Below, one piece after another: positions 62,041 to 64,000 of a stretch of DNA of 64,000 nt. A program made the position numbers and the translations under genes. This DNA comes from Gammaproteobacteria bacterium (GTDB taxonomy: Bacteria > Pseudomonadota > Gammaproteobacteria > GCA-001735895): NCBI GenBank assembly GCA_050298595.1, contig JBNKUM010000078.1, positions 1 through 64,000 of the forward strand, in the 5' to 3' direction. Below the pieces are notes generated by a model, which was given only the letters and a program-made list of their open reading frames with translations, was not told the DNA's origin and did no database searches. Position 1 is the first letter of the stretch, and each line of letters starts with the position of its first letter.

Positions 62041-63972
62041 CTAGCAACCCGCTACCCCAGGGTCGACAACTATTTGCAGCGGAACCGGTAGAGCTGGTTC
62101 ACCCGATTGATCAATCTCAAGTAAGGTCTTACCTTTGTCCTGGCTGTCAAAAATAAACTCAACCTTACCGTCAGCATCGATATCTCCCGCGATGACCCGA
62201 CCGATGTGAGCGTTGGAATAAGTGTAGTGACCATACCCATGTGAGCTATACAGAACCTGGTATGACTGCCCATCGGTCGTGGCTTCCAGATCAGCCTGCT
62301 CGATTACAACCCGGTAGTAAGAATCTCCCTTAAAAAAGCCATACCTGGCATTGATGCGTAAAGCGAGTAGGGGAGAGGGAACCTGACCTGAGAGATCAAT
62401 CGCTATCTGGGTGGTACGATCCGAGGGGAAATCTTCGGGCGATGGCAACTCCCCTTGAAACGCTGCTACATTACCAGGTTTTTTACCCCTGGGCAGGCCA
62501 ACCCAAATTATCGGCACCCCTTTCTTATCCTTTACCTCCAACTTCACATACATGGTAGTCTGATCAGTACATCCTTCTATACTTCGTTCGATAGTCCCTT
62601 CAAATAGAAAGTCTGCTGGTTTCCAGGACAAGCTTTCGGTGCCCGTTTCATCTGTTGTTGCATAAAGGCCAAAATAGTTGATTTCTTTGTTGAAAGGCGC
62701 ACAGGAAGGGGTCGAAAAAAGAAATTTCTGCCAGGCGGCATGGGGAACGTTCTTTATCAGCGGCTTATTCCATACCACCTCTTTCCCAAGAAGCTCAGGA
62801 GCAAGTTCAACGATAGCTTGAGAACGACAGGGCAGTGTCGATGCATCTAACTCCAAATTATTACGGTCGACGAACGTTTGGGGTGTAAACACAACTGGTT
62901 CGCCCTTATAAGATTCGGTACGGGCATATAGAGCTTTCATCTTTTGATACAATTCTGGGTGGTAAATCCTTGCGATTTTACGAACGATTTTTTGGAACTC
63001 ATCGTAAGTTCCGTCAATAGATCTTCTGATCCAAAAGGCCAAAGCCTGTTTGTCGAGATCATCATATTGACCGTTGAATTCTGTGCCATAGTTTATTCCG
63101 ACTTTGGCCAGGCGCACATATGGACTAAAGTGGTCTCCGCTGTCCAGGAAAGGCTTGTAGATTACCAGTCCTTCCTGCAGGAGGTGTGGTTGGGCTTCCA
63201 ATACAGCTGCACTGAGCGCGAGACGCCTAAATTGCTCCGAAAAATAGTTGTCAAAGGCAGACTGTGTTAAATAATAAAATGCACCTTCAGGCTGATCGGG
63301 GATTTGTGATTCCGCCCACTTGAGAAATGCAGGATTGTAATGCCCGAAGTCTGACTCGTTTAGAAAATCGATGCGATCGGGGCCATGTGGTCCGCTAAGA
63401 AAAACCGGAACCCCAGACCAGGTTTGCCACTGTTCAGGTTTGATAGGTTGACGGATCTTACCGCGAAGAAATGAAGGTGAAATCGCTTCCCAAAGTTTTA
63501 TAGTTTCTTCGTCCATGCTTAAATCCGGGATCTGCTTAGGTTGTTCACCCCTTATTTCCTGAATTTTTTTTAGCACCAGATCGGCCTGGTCATCATTACC
63601 TTGAACCTGTAACGTTTCAGCCAGCTTATTCAGCACGTCTGTATTCAGGGGGGCTAACGCAGCAGCTCTTTCAATCGATTTCAGCCGGTCCGGACTGGCT
63701 TCTGGGAAATAATCATATTGCCTCAGAGCCAAATCCAGAGTGAGCGGTTGTTTTGCCAACAGGCCTTCATACAGCCACCCCTGGACTGATTCATCACCAC
63801 GCACCTGGACGAAAACCCAGGATGATCCCCATTTAAGGATTTCGATCTCTGTATTTATGGGAAGTTTTTGTACGATGTCCGCATCAGTGGATGGATCAAT
63901 CCGAAGATTACTTGATGAAGCCTGTGTGTAGAATGTTTTGCGCTTACTCTGTGCGTCTGCATGTACATACAC
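62041..63972 (-). CDS. Large SH3-domain-containing hypothetical exported protein (5' end may lie beyond the window)
   Basis: SH3b-like NLRIDPS..W..V....GWL, TPR-like helices, central PVFLSGPH..FGHYNPAF block, C-terminal GDIDADGKVE. Confidence 0.7.
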   Translation of the reverse strand: MYVHADAQSKRKTFYTQASSSNLRIDPSTDADIVQKLPINTEIEILKWGSSWVFVQVRGDESVQGWLYEGLLAKQPLTLDLALRQYDYFPEASPDRLKSIERAAALAPLNTDVLNKLAETLQVQGNDDQADLVLKKIQEIRGEQPKQIPDLSMDEETIKLWEAISPSFLRGKIRQPIKPEQWQTWSGVPVFLSGPHGPDRIDFLNESDFGHYNPAFLKWAESQIPDQPEGAFYYLTQSAFDNYFSEQFRRLALSAAVLEAQPHLLQEGLVIYKPFLDSGDHFSPYVRLAKVGINYGTEFNGQYDDLDKQALAFWIRRSIDGTYDEFQKIVRKIARIYHPELYQKMKALYARTESYKGEPVVFTPQTFVDRNNLELDASTLPCRSQAIVELAPELLGKEVVWNKPLIKNVPHAAWQKFLFSTPSCAPFNKEINYFGLYATTDETGTESLSWKPADFLFEGTIERSIEGCTDQTTMYVKLEVKDKKGVPIIWVGLPRGKKPGNVAAFQGELPSPEDFPSDRTTQIAIDLSGQVPSPLLALRINARYGFFKGDSYYRVVIEQADLEATTDGQSYQVLYSSHGYGHYTYSNAHIGRVIAGDIDADGKVEFIFDSQDKGKTLLEIDQSGEPALPVPLQIVVDPGVAGC

Positions 63973-64000
63973 AGCACAAATGCTTAGTAAAAAGAGGCTT

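Overview
This is bacterial chromosomal DNA, most likely from a marine gammaproteobacterium (inferred from gene content). The left two-thirds is largely core metabolic and regulatory. It holds LysR, an FKBP PPIase and a CbrX-CbrA-CbrB-like sodium-solute-symporter kinase system. That system is divergent from a sigma54-driven Liv-type ABC transporter. A DUF4212/SSS/DUF294/DEDDh module, an SPFH plus Zn-ribbon pair, PadR-RND efflux, a complete AmmeMemoRadiSam triad, an MCP, oadGAB and acs follow. The right third is accessory. (1) A bufferin-type MNIO (DUF692) RiPP operon has two tandem six-Cys precursors, one of them lipid-anchored. It is flanked by a spondin gene and an OmpR-type two-component system, and all three promoters carry T(C/A)AC boxes at an exact 11-bp period. 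(2) A decayed integron consists of a frameshifted, truncated intI, an attI, four complete attC sites plus one truncated one, and five cassette genes, one missing from the ORF track. It is interrupted by non-cassette genes, an IS5 relic and REP-like hairpins. (3) An arsR-arsM module has twin operators. (4) A RAYT transposase relic is accompanied by dispersed repeats. No rRNA, tRNA or CRISPR array was seen. All family calls come from motif recognition by eye; no database search was run.
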